Below, one piece after another: positions 55,690 through 64,000 of a DNA stretch of 64,000 nucleotides. Location of the stretch: NCBI GenBank assembly GCA_040218735.1, contig JAVJQW010000003.1, positions 64,001-128,000 of the forward strand. The letters run 5' to 3'. The DNA is from Deltaproteobacteria bacterium. GTDB taxonomy: Bacteria > Myxococcota > Kuafuiibacteriia > Kuafuiibacteriales > Kuafuiibacteriaceae. The notes beneath the pieces are model-generated. The model ran no database searches. It worked only from the letters and a program-made list of their open reading frames with translations, and had not been told where the DNA came from. The position numbers and the translations under genes were made by a program. Positions within the stretch are counted from its first letter, which is position 1. The number at the start of each line of letters is the position of its first letter.

Positions 55690-55705
55690 AGCACCCGGCG
55701 GGCCA
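55690..55705 (-). promoter_or_regulatory. sigma54 -24/-12 promoter
   Basis: The minus strand reads TGGCCCGCCGGGTGCT (GG-N10-GC) upstream of ATG 55672. Confidence 0.55.
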
Positions 55706-55777
55706 AACGTCCCTCCCCCCGGCGGCGGTCCGCGAGGTGTCGGATCGATCCGACACTGACGGGTCGAGCCGTCGAGA

Positions 55778-56704
55778 TCAGGTGGGCACGGCGACGCCCG
55801 CGACGATCTCTCGAACGATCTGCGCCGCGTGTTTCCCGCCGTACCGTGCCTGCTGGCCGAGCCGTAGCCGGTGCGCCAACACCGGCTCCGCCAGCGCCTG
55901 CACGTCGTCCGGCGAGACGTAGTCCCGGCCCGTGATCAACGCGCGCGCCTGCGCCGCGCGATACAGCGCGATCGCTCCGCGCGGCGACACGCCCTGCTCC
56001 AGGTCCAGGTGATCCCGCGTCGCCCGCACCAGCCGCAGCGCGTACAGCGCGACGTCGCGCTGCACTTCGATCCGGCGCGCCGCCGTGATCAGCTCCGTGA
56101 CGCGCGCACCGTCGAGCACCGGCTGCACCGCGTCGAGCGGATCGTCGGTCTTGCGATCGAAGAGCACCTCGAGCTCCTCGGCCTCCGTCGGATAACCCAT
56201 CGTGACCCGCACGCGGAACCGATCGAGCTGCGCCTCCGGCAACGGGTACGTGCCCTGACTGTCCGCCGGGTTCTGCGTCGCCAGCACGAAGAACGGCGCC
56301 GGCAACGTGCGCGTCTTCCCGTCGAGCGTGACCTGTCGTTCACTCATCGCTTCGAGGAGCGCCGACTGCGTCCGCGGCGACGCGCGGTTGATCTCGTCCG
56401 CCAACATCACCTGCGTGAAGATCGGCCCGGGCTCGAAGCGAAACGTGCCTTGCGAAGGTTCGAGGATGCTCGTCCCCAGGATGTCGGTCGGCAACAGGTC
56501 CGGCGTGAACTGCACCCGCGTGAACTCCAGCGCGAGCGCCTTCGCCAACGCCTTGGCGAGCGTCGTCTTGCCCACGCCCGGGACGTCCTCGATGAGGACG
56601 TGCCCCTCGCTCAAGATCCCGACGAGGACGAGCTCGATCGCCTCCGGCTTCCCGCGAATCACACGCGCGAGCGCCGCGCGGACCGCCTCGATCGAGCCGC
56701 TCAA
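55778..56704 (-). CDS. MoxR family AAA+ ATPase
   Basis: EDVPGVGKT, FTPDLLPTD, LADEINRASPRTQSALLEAM and LPEAQLDRF motifs. Confidence 0.95.
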   Translation of the reverse strand: MSGSIEAVRAALARVIRGKPEAIELVLVGILSEGHVLIEDVPGVGKTTLAKALAKALALEFTRVQFTPDLLPTDILGTSILEPSQGTFRFEPGPIFTQVMLADEINRASPRTQSALLEAMSERQVTLDGKTRTLPAPFFVLATQNPADSQGTYPLPEAQLDRFRVRVTMGYPTEAEELEVLFDRKTDDPLDAVQPVLDGARVTELITAARRIEVQRDVALYALRLVRATRDHLDLEQGVSPRGAIALYRAAQARALITGRDYVSPDDVQALAEPVLAHRLRLGQQARYGGKHAAQIVREIVAGVAVPT

Positions 56705-57405
56705 CGCCGGCGCTTCTTCTTCTTCACCCAGTCCACGACGCTGATGTCGTGCCGCACGCGCTCGCCGTTCTTGGCTTCTGCGGTGAGCGTCGCCGACCCG
56801 ATCGCGCGCGCCTCGACCTCACCGGTCGGCGTCACGGTGACCGCCCAGCTCGACGCGTTCCAATCGATCTTCGCGTCCTCGATCACGTTGCCGCGATCGT
56901 CGAGCACCTCGGCCTTGAAGTTCTTGATCTCACCCATCGGCATCTCGATCGGCTCTTCACTCTCCGGCGGATCCACCCAGCGGATCTTGTCGACGATGAC
57001 GGCCTCGATCGGCACCTCGGCCGACAGCTCCTTTTCGAGCTTCGTCGTGCGCGCCTTGATGACCGACTTCCCGCTGCCGAGGATCGTGACGACGCCGGAC
57101 TGATCGATCGAAGCGACCGTGCGATCCGTCGAGTCCCACTTCACGGGCGCGACGCCCATGTACACGCCGCGGTCGTCGAACGAGGAGACACGCAGCTTGA
57201 TCGTGTCGCCCTTGTTCTCGAACGTGGGGAAGACGGTCTTCGCGTCCTTCGTCTTCTGCAGCGACTCGACCGCGTCGAGTGGCCCCTTGATCCGAATCTC
57301 CGACGGCACCTTCTCGCAGGCGCTCACCACCAACGCGATCGCCGGCATCCACAGCCAGCCGCGCATTCGCTCCCAGAGTCGTCGTCGTCGCCGTCGGTTC
57401 GCCAT
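56701..57405 (-). CDS. Ig-like (Big_2) domain lipoprotein; start 57405 or 57366
   Basis: VSAC lipobox; WDSTDRTVASIDQSGVVT and VTPTGEVEA Big_2-type motifs. Confidence 0.8.
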   Translation of the reverse strand: MANRRRRRRLWERMRGWLWMPAIALVVSACEKVPSEIRIKGPLDAVESLQKTKDAKTVFPTFENKGDTIKLRVSSFDDRGVYMGVAPVKWDSTDRTVASIDQSGVVTILGSGKSVIKARTTKLEKELSAEVPIEAVIVDKIRWVDPPESEEPIEMPMGEIKNFKAEVLDDRGNVIEDAKIDWNASSWAVTVTPTGEVEARAIGSATLTAEAKNGERVRHDISVVDWVKKKKRRR

Positions 57406-57449
57406 CTTGGGGCGGGTCGTACCCCGAACGCCCCGCGCGCGGTCAATGG

Positions 57450-57896
57450 TCAACCGTACAGTCGGGCGGTGTTCGGCGGATCGGCGTTCTCTTCGACGTA
57501 GGGTTCGAACGCTGCACGGATGTCACCCGGAATGGTGGTGCTGGTGTGCTCGTCGAGGTTCATCGCCACGACCTTCACACTCGCCGTCGCGAGCAGCCGC
57601 CCCTCCCGGTAGACGCGGTACTCCACGGTCGCCGATCGGTCCGTCAGACGCGAGAGGAACATCTGCACGTCGACCACCTCACCGAAGCGCGCCGGCTCCT
57701 TGAACTCGGTCGCGACCTGAACCGTCGGGAAGCCGACGCGCCTTCCGTTGAGCACCTCCGCGTAGTTGATCTGGAGCACTTCGTCGAACCACGTCTCGAA
57801 CGTGTCATGGAACCACTCGAAGAAGCGCGGGTAGTAGACGATCCGCGCGGGGTCGGCGTGACCGAAACGAACGCGGACCTGTTTCGTCAGGCGCAT
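57450..57896 (-). CDS. Acyl-CoA thioesterase (4HBT/YbgC family)
   Basis: VRFGHADPARIVYYPRFFEWF motif. Confidence 0.9.
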   Translation of the reverse strand: MRLTKQVRVRFGHADPARIVYYPRFFEWFHDTFETWFDEVLQINYAEVLNGRRVGFPTVQVATEFKEPARFGEVVDVQMFLSRLTDRSATVEYRVYREGRLLATASVKVVAMNLDEHTSTTIPGDIRAAFEPYVEENADPPNTARLYG

Positions 57897-57939
57897 GCCC
57901 GTTCCTTAGCACCGATCGGTGGTATGGTCCGCGTCTTCG

Positions 57940-58695
57940 ATGTCGGTGCTGATCGACACGGTCCGCGAGGTCGACACACCGGAGCACCTCGCCTTCAAGG
58001 CTCGCATCGCGGGGCCCAGCCGACGCCTCCTCGCGTGGCTGCTCGATCTCGTCGTTCAGTTCTTCGTCGCCATCGCGCTACTCATGATCATCGGCGCGGT
58101 TTCGTCGGTCGGACCGTCCGGCCTCGGCACCGGCCTGTCGCTCTTCCTCATCTTCATCCTCCAGTGGTTCTACTTCACCATCGCGGAGGCGATCACCGGC
58201 GGACGCTCCCTGGGGAAGATCGCGTTCAAGCTGCGCGTCGTACGACCCAACGGCCTGCCGATCACCTGGCGCGAGTCCATACTCAGGAACTTCCTCCGTG
58301 CCGCCGACCACGGGATCTCGCCGACGCTGCTGCTCTTCGGACCGATCGTCATGATGTTCAACAAGAGCTTCCAGCGCCTCGGTGACCTCGCCGCCGGGAC
58401 GATCGTCGTCGTCGAGGAGTCGGTGAACGTGAAGAGCACGCCGACCCTCGAAGCCGACCCGAAGATCGTGCAGGAGCTCCCCGGCATCCTCCCCCTCGAC
58501 CAAGACGACCTCGAAGCCCTCGAGCTCTTCGTCAGCCGCGAACGCATGAGCGACGCCCGGCGCGACGAGCTCGCCGCGATCGTCGCGCCGCACTACGCAA
58601 AGCGCCTCGCCGTCCCGAACCCGAAGGACCCCACCAAGTTCCTCGCCGCGCTGTGGGCGCGCGCGCAGGATCCGACGCGGAGGATCGGCGCATGA
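57940..58695 (+). CDS. RDD family protein
   Basis: TPEHL..AGPSRRLLAWLLD, GRSLGK, LRNFLR and QRLGDLAAGTIVV motifs. Confidence 0.92.
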   Translation: MSVLIDTVREVDTPEHLAFKARIAGPSRRLLAWLLDLVVQFFVAIALLMIIGAVSSVGPSGLGTGLSLFLIFILQWFYFTIAEAITGGRSLGKIAFKLRVVRPNGLPITWRESILRNFLRAADHGISPTLLLFGPIVMMFNKSFQRLGDLAAGTIVVVEESVNVKSTPTLEADPKIVQELPGILPLDQDDLEALELFVSRERMSDARRDELAAIVAPHYAKRLAVPNPKDPTKFLAALWARAQDPTRRIGA

Positions 58696-59699
58696 ACCGC
58701 GAAGAGCTCGTCCGCAGCCGCCGCGAACGCTGGAACACCCTCGCGCGACTCCTCTCCAAGGCCGAAGCCGTCCGCGGGATGCACACGCTCGGTCCGGCCG
58801 GCGTGAAGGAGATGGCCGAGCTGTACCGCGCGCTCGCGGGTGACCTCATGCTCGTGCGGCGCGAAAAACTCGGCGCCGATCTGGAGCGCTACCTCGACAA
58901 CCTCGCGAGCCGCGCGCACAACGCGCTGTACGCCGGGACGTCCGTCGGCCAGCGCACCAGCCTGCTGTCGATGTTCCTCGACTTCCCGGCCGCGCTGCGA
59001 CGGAACCTCCGCTTCTTCCTCATCGCGCTCGCGCTGTTCTACGTGCCGGGCGCCGTCGCCGGGTACGCCTCCTACGTCGACGAGGGCTACGCGCTCGCGG
59101 TGATGAGCGCCGGCCAGCTGCAGAGCATGGAGGAAATGCACAGCAAGGGGCACAAGGACGGCCGCGCCGCGGACACCAACGCGAGCATGACGGGCTTCTA
59201 CGTGTGGAACAACGTCGGCATCGCATTCCGCTGCTTCGCGACCGGCGTGTTGTTCGGGCTGGGGCCGGTGTTCTTCCTGCTCTACAACGGGCTGGTGATG
59301 GGCGTGGTGTTCGGGCACCTCGCACGCACCGGGTACGGCGAGAACATCTTCAGCTTCGTGTCGACCCACGCGCCGTGGGAGCTGACCGCGATCGTGATCA
59401 GCGGTGCCGCCGGATTACAGATGGGCTTCGCGCTCGTGAAGACCTACGGCCGCACACGCGCCGGCAACCTGCAGGCGCACGGCCTCGAAGTCCTCCGCCA
59501 GGTCGCGGGCGCCGCCGCCTTCCTGGTGATCGCGGCGCTGCTGGAGGCTTGGTACTCGCCGTCGTCGCTGCCGCCGGTCGTGAAGTACTACAGCGGGCTC
59601 GTCGGCTGGATCCTCGTGGCCGGCATCATCGCGTTCGCGGGACGCAACCGCTCGCTCCCCGAGGACGTGATCGCGCTGCGCCAAGGGAGGGTCTCGTGA
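58692..59699 (+). CDS. Stage II sporulation protein M (SpoIIM/DUF95)-like membrane protein
   Basis: LYRALAGDL, NNVGIAFRCFA, HAPWELTAI and AALLEA motifs; ATGA overlap. Confidence 0.9.
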   Translation: MNREELVRSRRERWNTLARLLSKAEAVRGMHTLGPAGVKEMAELYRALAGDLMLVRREKLGADLERYLDNLASRAHNALYAGTSVGQRTSLLSMFLDFPAALRRNLRFFLIALALFYVPGAVAGYASYVDEGYALAVMSAGQLQSMEEMHSKGHKDGRAADTNASMTGFYVWNNVGIAFRCFATGVLFGLGPVFFLLYNGLVMGVVFGHLARTGYGENIFSFVSTHAPWELTAIVISGAAGLQMGFALVKTYGRTRAGNLQAHGLEVLRQVAGAAAFLVIAALLEAWYSPSSLPPVVKYYSGLVGWILVAGIIAFAGRNRSLPEDVIALRQGRVS

Positions 59700-60529
59700 G
59701 CACCTCCTTCGAGGCCCGCATCGTCCTGCGTCCGCGCTCGCTCGACGAGACGTTCGATCTCGCCATCCGCTACTTCCGCGCGACGATGCGCGACTTCATG
59801 AAGATGTACGCGATCTTCACGATCGTGATCACCGGCGGCATCGTGGGCGCGGCGATCTTATTCGATCTCTCGTTCGAGGTGCAGGGCGCGCTCGCCGTCG
59901 CGATCGTCCCGTTCTACGAGCGCGTGGTGACGGTCTTCGCGGGGCGGCACCTGTTCGCGAACCCCACGTCGGTCTCGGCCGCGTTCGGCGCGGTGCTCAA
60001 GCGGTTTGCGTTCCTCTCGATGCACGCGGCGATCATCCTGGCGCCGGTGCTGATGATCCTGCTCTCCGACGACGAGGGCACGATGGCCGCCTTCGGGGTC
60101 ATGCTCGGCCTCGCGTGGGGCCTCTTCGTGGTGCCTTCGCACATGCACGTCACGGAGGTCGTCCTGCTCGAGCAGCTCCCGGCCGGCCGCGCGATGAAAC
60201 GCGCGCGCATCCTGCTGCACAACAGCTTCGGTCGTGCGTTGGGGAGCTTCGTGTTCACCGGCGTGGTGCGCGGGTGCGTCGTCGCGATGGTGTACTTCGG
60301 GCTGAACTTCGTCGTCGGGTTCGTGCTCCAGTTCGAGTCCGCGAGCGAGCACCTCGGTCCCTACTTTGCCGTGTTCGGCTACGTGCTCGCCGCGCCCTAC
60401 GTCGCGCTCGCGCGGCTGTTCGACTACGTCGACGCGCGCACGCGCCGCGAGGGTTGGGACATCCAGGTTCGCTTCAACGCGATCGCGCAGAAGTACGCGC
60501 GCGAGGAAGCGAAGCGGCTGGCGGCCTGA
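59696..60529 (+). CDS. Integral membrane protein of the RDD/SpoIIM/MoxR cluster
   Basis: GTG 59696; LRPRSLDETFDLA, several TM helices, YVDARTRREGWDI. Confidence 0.8.
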   Translation: MSTSFEARIVLRPRSLDETFDLAIRYFRATMRDFMKMYAIFTIVITGGIVGAAILFDLSFEVQGALAVAIVPFYERVVTVFAGRHLFANPTSVSAAFGAVLKRFAFLSMHAAIILAPVLMILLSDDEGTMAAFGVMLGLAWGLFVVPSHMHVTEVVLLEQLPAGRAMKRARILLHNSFGRALGSFVFTGVVRGCVVAMVYFGLNFVVGFVLQFESASEHLGPYFAVFGYVLAAPYVALARLFDYVDARTRREGWDIQVRFNAIAQKYAREEAKRLAA

Positions 60530-63093
60530 TGCGGCGATCGCTCTCCACGCTCGCGCTCGTCGCGATGCTCACGACGTCGACGAGCGCCTTCGCCGGCTCG
60601 CCGCTGTGGGGCTACTTCGTGCGCGACGCCGACGGCGAGCTCGTCACCGCGGGCTGGCCGAAGTCGAAGTCGATCGTGTTCGGCAGCGACGAGGACGCGG
60701 ACGTCCGCCTCGACGGCCTCGCCCCCGAGCACGCGACGGTCGTCGCCGACAACGGCGCGATCCGGATCGAGCCGGAGGTCGACGGCGTCCTCGTCGACGG
60801 GCGAGCGACCGACGAAGCGGTGACGGTACACGCCGGTTCGACCGTCACGATGGGCGCGTACGCCGTGCAGTTCTCGCTGGTGCGTGCGGACTACGAGCCG
60901 GAGCCCACCGAGGAAGAGACGCCGCCCGACGAAGACGCCGAGGAGCCCCTGCCGAAGAAACTCGCGCCACCGCCCCCGGCGCGGGAGGCGGGTGCGCGGG
61001 CGTCGCTGTGGCGCGCGGAGGAGTTCGACCGCGAGGCCTACCGGTTCTGCCACGACCCGGAGTACGGCGAAGGCGGCGTGGTCGACGCGGACCTGTGCGG
61101 AATCATCGACGAGTCCTCGCGCGACGTGTGCCCGGCGGCGCTCGAGAGCTGCCCTTGGGAGGAGTACGTGGGGCGGCCGATGTTCGGTCGGTTCGGCGGC
61201 GGCGACGGGAGTCGACAGGGGACGAATGGCAGCAACGGAACGGCGCGTCCGCGGAAGAAGCGCAAGAAGATCACCGTCCCGCTGCTGCCGCCGGAGATCG
61301 CGTACACCCTCCTCGCGATCATCGTGGCGATCCTGGTCTTCGTGTTCGCGAAGTCGCTGAAGGACGCCGGCTGGGAGCGCTCGGAGATCGACCTCGCGGA
61401 GGACGAGATCGACGAAGCCGCGCTCGACCTGCAGTCGCTCCCCGAGGCGCGCTCTCACGTTCTACTGAAACTATCGGAGCGCGCCCTCGCCCGCGGTGAT
61501 CGCGAAGAGGCCGCGATCCTCTTGCACCTCGCGGTGCTGCGTCACCTCGACGACGAGGGCCTCGCGCAGTACCACCCGTCGAAGACCAACGGCGACTACC
61601 TGCGCAGCATCCGCCGGCACAAACCGCTCGCCGCGCTGTTCCGCGGCGTCGCCAACGAGACGGAGCGCGTGCGCTTCGGGGACGGCCGCGTCGACGAGAA
61701 CCGCCTCCGCGAGCTGATCGCCGAGGGCCGCGCGCTGCTCGTGCCGAACAGCCAGCCGCCCGCGCCCTTCGCCGGCGCCGCGACGCTCGCGCTCCTCGCC
61801 GCGATGTCCGTGACGCTCCAGGGCTGCCCGCAGCAGGACGAGGACTCGCGCGCGTTCTACTCGCACGCTCCCGCGGGCATGAGCGCGCTGGTGCCGACGC
61901 TGCGCGCCGCCGGATTGCACCCGAAGGTGCTCCTCGAGCCGCTCACCGAAGTGCCGCTGGACGTCGACGTCATCGTGTTCCGCACGTCGGCGTCGCGCAC
62001 AGGAAAGATCCCGAAGGACCTCGTCGTGGACGCGATCCTCGACCAGGGGATCTCGCTCGTCGTCATCGACGACCTCGGCACCGCGAAGCACTTCCTCCCG
62101 AACACCTCGACGGTCGGCCCGATCCGCGAAGAGCTCGCGCCGGTGGAGCTGACGCTCCCGATCGGCCCGGACGCCTCCGAGTGCCAGCAGCGCCTGCGCC
62201 CGGCGTCGATGCTCCTGGAGAACGACCGCGTGGTCATCCCGGACGGTCACCGCATCGCGTGGACCGGTGAAGCCGGCTACGTACCGATCGCCCAGGACCG
62301 CTTCGAGCTCGAGCCGTTGATGCGGACGAAGAACAGCACGACCGCCCTGATCGGTCCGGCGTTCACCGCACACCGCGAGCGCTCGACCGGCGCGCTGAGC
62401 GGGTGCATGTACGTGTTCTCGGACCGCGACCTGTTCACGAACGCTTCGCTCACCCGCCGGGAGAACGCGCGCTTCGTCGGGACGTTCTTCGGTTCGATCG
62501 CCGGCAACACCGGGCACGTGTGGTTCGCGGATCGACTGGACCGCTGGCTCACGTCGGGCGGCGGCGGCGGCGGTGGCTCGGCGCCGAAGAACCCCGTGAA
62601 GCCGCTCGCGGCGTCGAACATGCTGCCCCTCCTCGTGCAAGGGTTGGTGTCGCTCGGGCTGCTCTACGTCTTCCTCGGCGCCGCGTTCGGCCCGCTCCGC
62701 GACCGCGAGACGCGGCAGCACAAGGCGTTCGTGGAGCACGTCGAAGCGATCGGCCGGCAGTACGCGCGCTGCGGGAAGCCGGGGCTCACCCACGCCGCGA
62801 CGGCGCTCGCGCGGCTGGTGGTGATGCGCAACCGCGAGCGCGTGCGTGGAGACGGCGGTTGGGCCGCGGTCGCGCACGAGCTCTCCGAGAAACACGACCT
62901 CCCCGAAGGCGACGTGCGCGCGGCGCTGCGTCTTGGTATCGAGGGCAAGAGCGAGCTGGGGGCGCCGCGTCAGGACGACCCCGAGCCCGCGAGCGAGCGC
63001 ATGTTGCAGACGCTGTCGCGCCTCCTGGGAGGGCGACGGGCCGAGCTGGCGAAGAAGCCGAAGCGGTCGTTCAGGAAGGACATGAAGTCATGA
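60529..63093 (+). CDS. Fusion: FHA-like + DUF4129-like + DUF4350-like membrane protein
   Basis: ATG 60529 signal peptide; FHA-like beta domain; TM; PSKTNGDYLR; HAPAGMSAL, DLFTNASL and FGP..FVEHVEAIGRQY motifs. Confidence 0.7.
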   Translation: MRRSLSTLALVAMLTTSTSAFAGSPLWGYFVRDADGELVTAGWPKSKSIVFGSDEDADVRLDGLAPEHATVVADNGAIRIEPEVDGVLVDGRATDEAVTVHAGSTVTMGAYAVQFSLVRADYEPEPTEEETPPDEDAEEPLPKKLAPPPPAREAGARASLWRAEEFDREAYRFCHDPEYGEGGVVDADLCGIIDESSRDVCPAALESCPWEEYVGRPMFGRFGGGDGSRQGTNGSNGTARPRKKRKKITVPLLPPEIAYTLLAIIVAILVFVFAKSLKDAGWERSEIDLAEDEIDEAALDLQSLPEARSHVLLKLSERALARGDREEAAILLHLAVLRHLDDEGLAQYHPSKTNGDYLRSIRRHKPLAALFRGVANETERVRFGDGRVDENRLRELIAEGRALLVPNSQPPAPFAGAATLALLAAMSVTLQGCPQQDEDSRAFYSHAPAGMSALVPTLRAAGLHPKVLLEPLTEVPLDVDVIVFRTSASRTGKIPKDLVVDAILDQGISLVVIDDLGTAKHFLPNTSTVGPIREELAPVELTLPIGPDASECQQRLRPASMLLENDRVVIPDGHRIAWTGEAGYVPIAQDRFELEPLMRTKNSTTALIGPAFTAHRERSTGALSGCMYVFSDRDLFTNASLTRRENARFVGTFFGSIAGNTGHVWFADRLDRWLTSGGGGGGGSAPKNPVKPLAASNMLPLLVQGLVSLGLLYVFLGAAFGPLRDRETRQHKAFVEHVEAIGRQYARCGKPGLTHAATALARLVVMRNRERVRGDGGWAAVAHELSEKHDLPEGDVRAALRLGIEGKSELGAPRQDDPEPASERMLQTLSRLLGGRRAELAKKPKRSFRKDMKS

Positions 63094-63109
63094 GTACGCG
63101 GAGGAATTC

Positions 63110-64000
63110 GTGGAGCTGAGCCAAGTCAGTCAGATGTTCGAGGCGATCGAGGACGAGATCCGCAAGGTCTTCGTCGGCCAGGACGAAGTCCTGAGCAACG
63201 TCCTCGTCGCGATGCTCGCGCGCGGTCACGTGCTGCTGGAAGGTGTACCCGGCGTCGGCAAGACGCTGCTGGTGAGGACGCTCGGCCACGTGCTGGGTTG
63301 TCACTTCCGCCGCGTGCAATTCACGCCGGACCTCATGCCGTCCGACGTGACGGGCTCGACGCTCTACAACACCCAAAAGGGTGAGTTCGAGTTCAAACAC
63401 GGGCCGGTGTTCACGCACATCCTGTTGGCCGACGAGGTCAACCGTGCGCCCGCGAAGACGCAGTCGGCGATGCTGGAGTCGATGGCGGAGCGCTCCGTCA
63501 CCGTGGACGGTGTGACCCACCCGCTGCCGGCGCCGTACTTCGTGCTCGCGACCCAGAACCCACTGGAGAGCGCCGGCACCTACGCGCTCCCCGAGGCGCA
63601 GCTCGATCGCTTCCTCTTCAAGGTGTTGATTCGGCACCCGGCGAAGGACGTCGAAGAGCAGCTCCTCAGGAACGTGCGCGATGGGTTCGACGCAGCCGAT
63701 CTCGAAGCCGCGCAGCTGAGACGCGTGACCAGCGCGGAGGGGTTGGTGCGGATGCAGCAGGCGATCAACCAGGTGACGGTCGACGACAAGATCATCAGCT
63801 ACATCGCCGACCTCGTGGGCGTGACCCGTCGGCACCGCGCGGTGCAGATCGGTGCGTCGCCGCGCGCGGCGATCGCGCTCCTGCAGACCTCGCGTGTGGA
63901 GGCCGCCGTGCAGGGCCGCAACTTCGTGGTGCCGGACGACGTGAAGACCCACGGCGCCGCGGTGCTCCGTCACCGGATCATCCTGCAGCCCGACGCGGAG
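63110..64000 (+). CDS. MoxR family AAA+ ATPase (3' truncated by the window)
   Basis: GGAGGA and GTG 63110; read manually as VFVGQDEV, LLEGVPGVGKT, FTPDLMPSD, LADEVNRAPAKTQSA and LPEAQLDRF. Confidence 0.93.
   Translation, partial: MELSQVSQMFEAIEDEIRKVFVGQDEVLSNVLVAMLARGHVLLEGVPGVGKTLLVRTLGHVLGCHFRRVQFTPDLMPSDVTGSTLYNTQKGEFEFKHGPVFTHILLADEVNRAPAKTQSAMLESMAERSVTVDGVTHPLPAPYFVLATQNPLESAGTYALPEAQLDRFLFKVLIRHPAKDVEEQLLRNVRDGFDAADLEAAQLRRVTSAEGLVRMQQAINQVTVDDKIISYIADLVGVTRRHRAVQIGASPRAAIALLQTSRVEAAVQGRNFVVPDDVKTHGAAVLRHRIILQPDAE

Noticed and set aside
58692-59699. Sporulation function from the SpoIIM-like gene
   Set aside because: The family is widespread in non-endospore-formers within RDD/MoxR operons; the name does not imply sporulation.
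1-64000. Frequent CGATCG/GCGATCGC/TCGA words as a HIP1-like system
   Set aside because: Largely explained by codon usage (ATC, GAC, CTC, GAG) in a GC-rich genome. It would need an observed/expected computation that I cannot run.

Overview
High-GC bacterial DNA, almost certainly Myxococcota, judged from two MYXO-CTERM sorting signals, many lipoproteins with DAG/DGG linkers, DUF2330 and sigma54-type promoters. There are about 60 CDSs. Housekeeping islands (smpB, panC, panB, deoxynucleoside kinase, murA, pal-cpoB) are interleaved with secreted and lipoprotein genes, a c-di-GMP regulator, GH31, an M20 peptidase and two MoxR AAA+ loci. I found no rRNA, tRNA, CRISPR array, transposase or integrase. 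The best candidate for an undescribed system is a ~1.5 kb AT-richer cassette (26271-27745): a small stand-alone HNH nuclease divergent from an HTH-WYL regulator, with palindromic and repeated operator-like DNA between them. It sits inside a ~10.7 kb accessory block that separates panB from panC. Other oddities are an in-frame TGA just after the lipobox of the adjacent beta-propeller lipoprotein, a twin-hairpin panB leader, a non-coding 49-bp tandem repeat and an Asp-type MurA. There is also a coupled TPR-barrel/FecR/lipoprotein/FG-GAP/Pal/CpoB envelope operon, and two signal-less PG-binding proteins with matching sigma54 promoters. All product calls come from motif recognition by eye; no database search was run.
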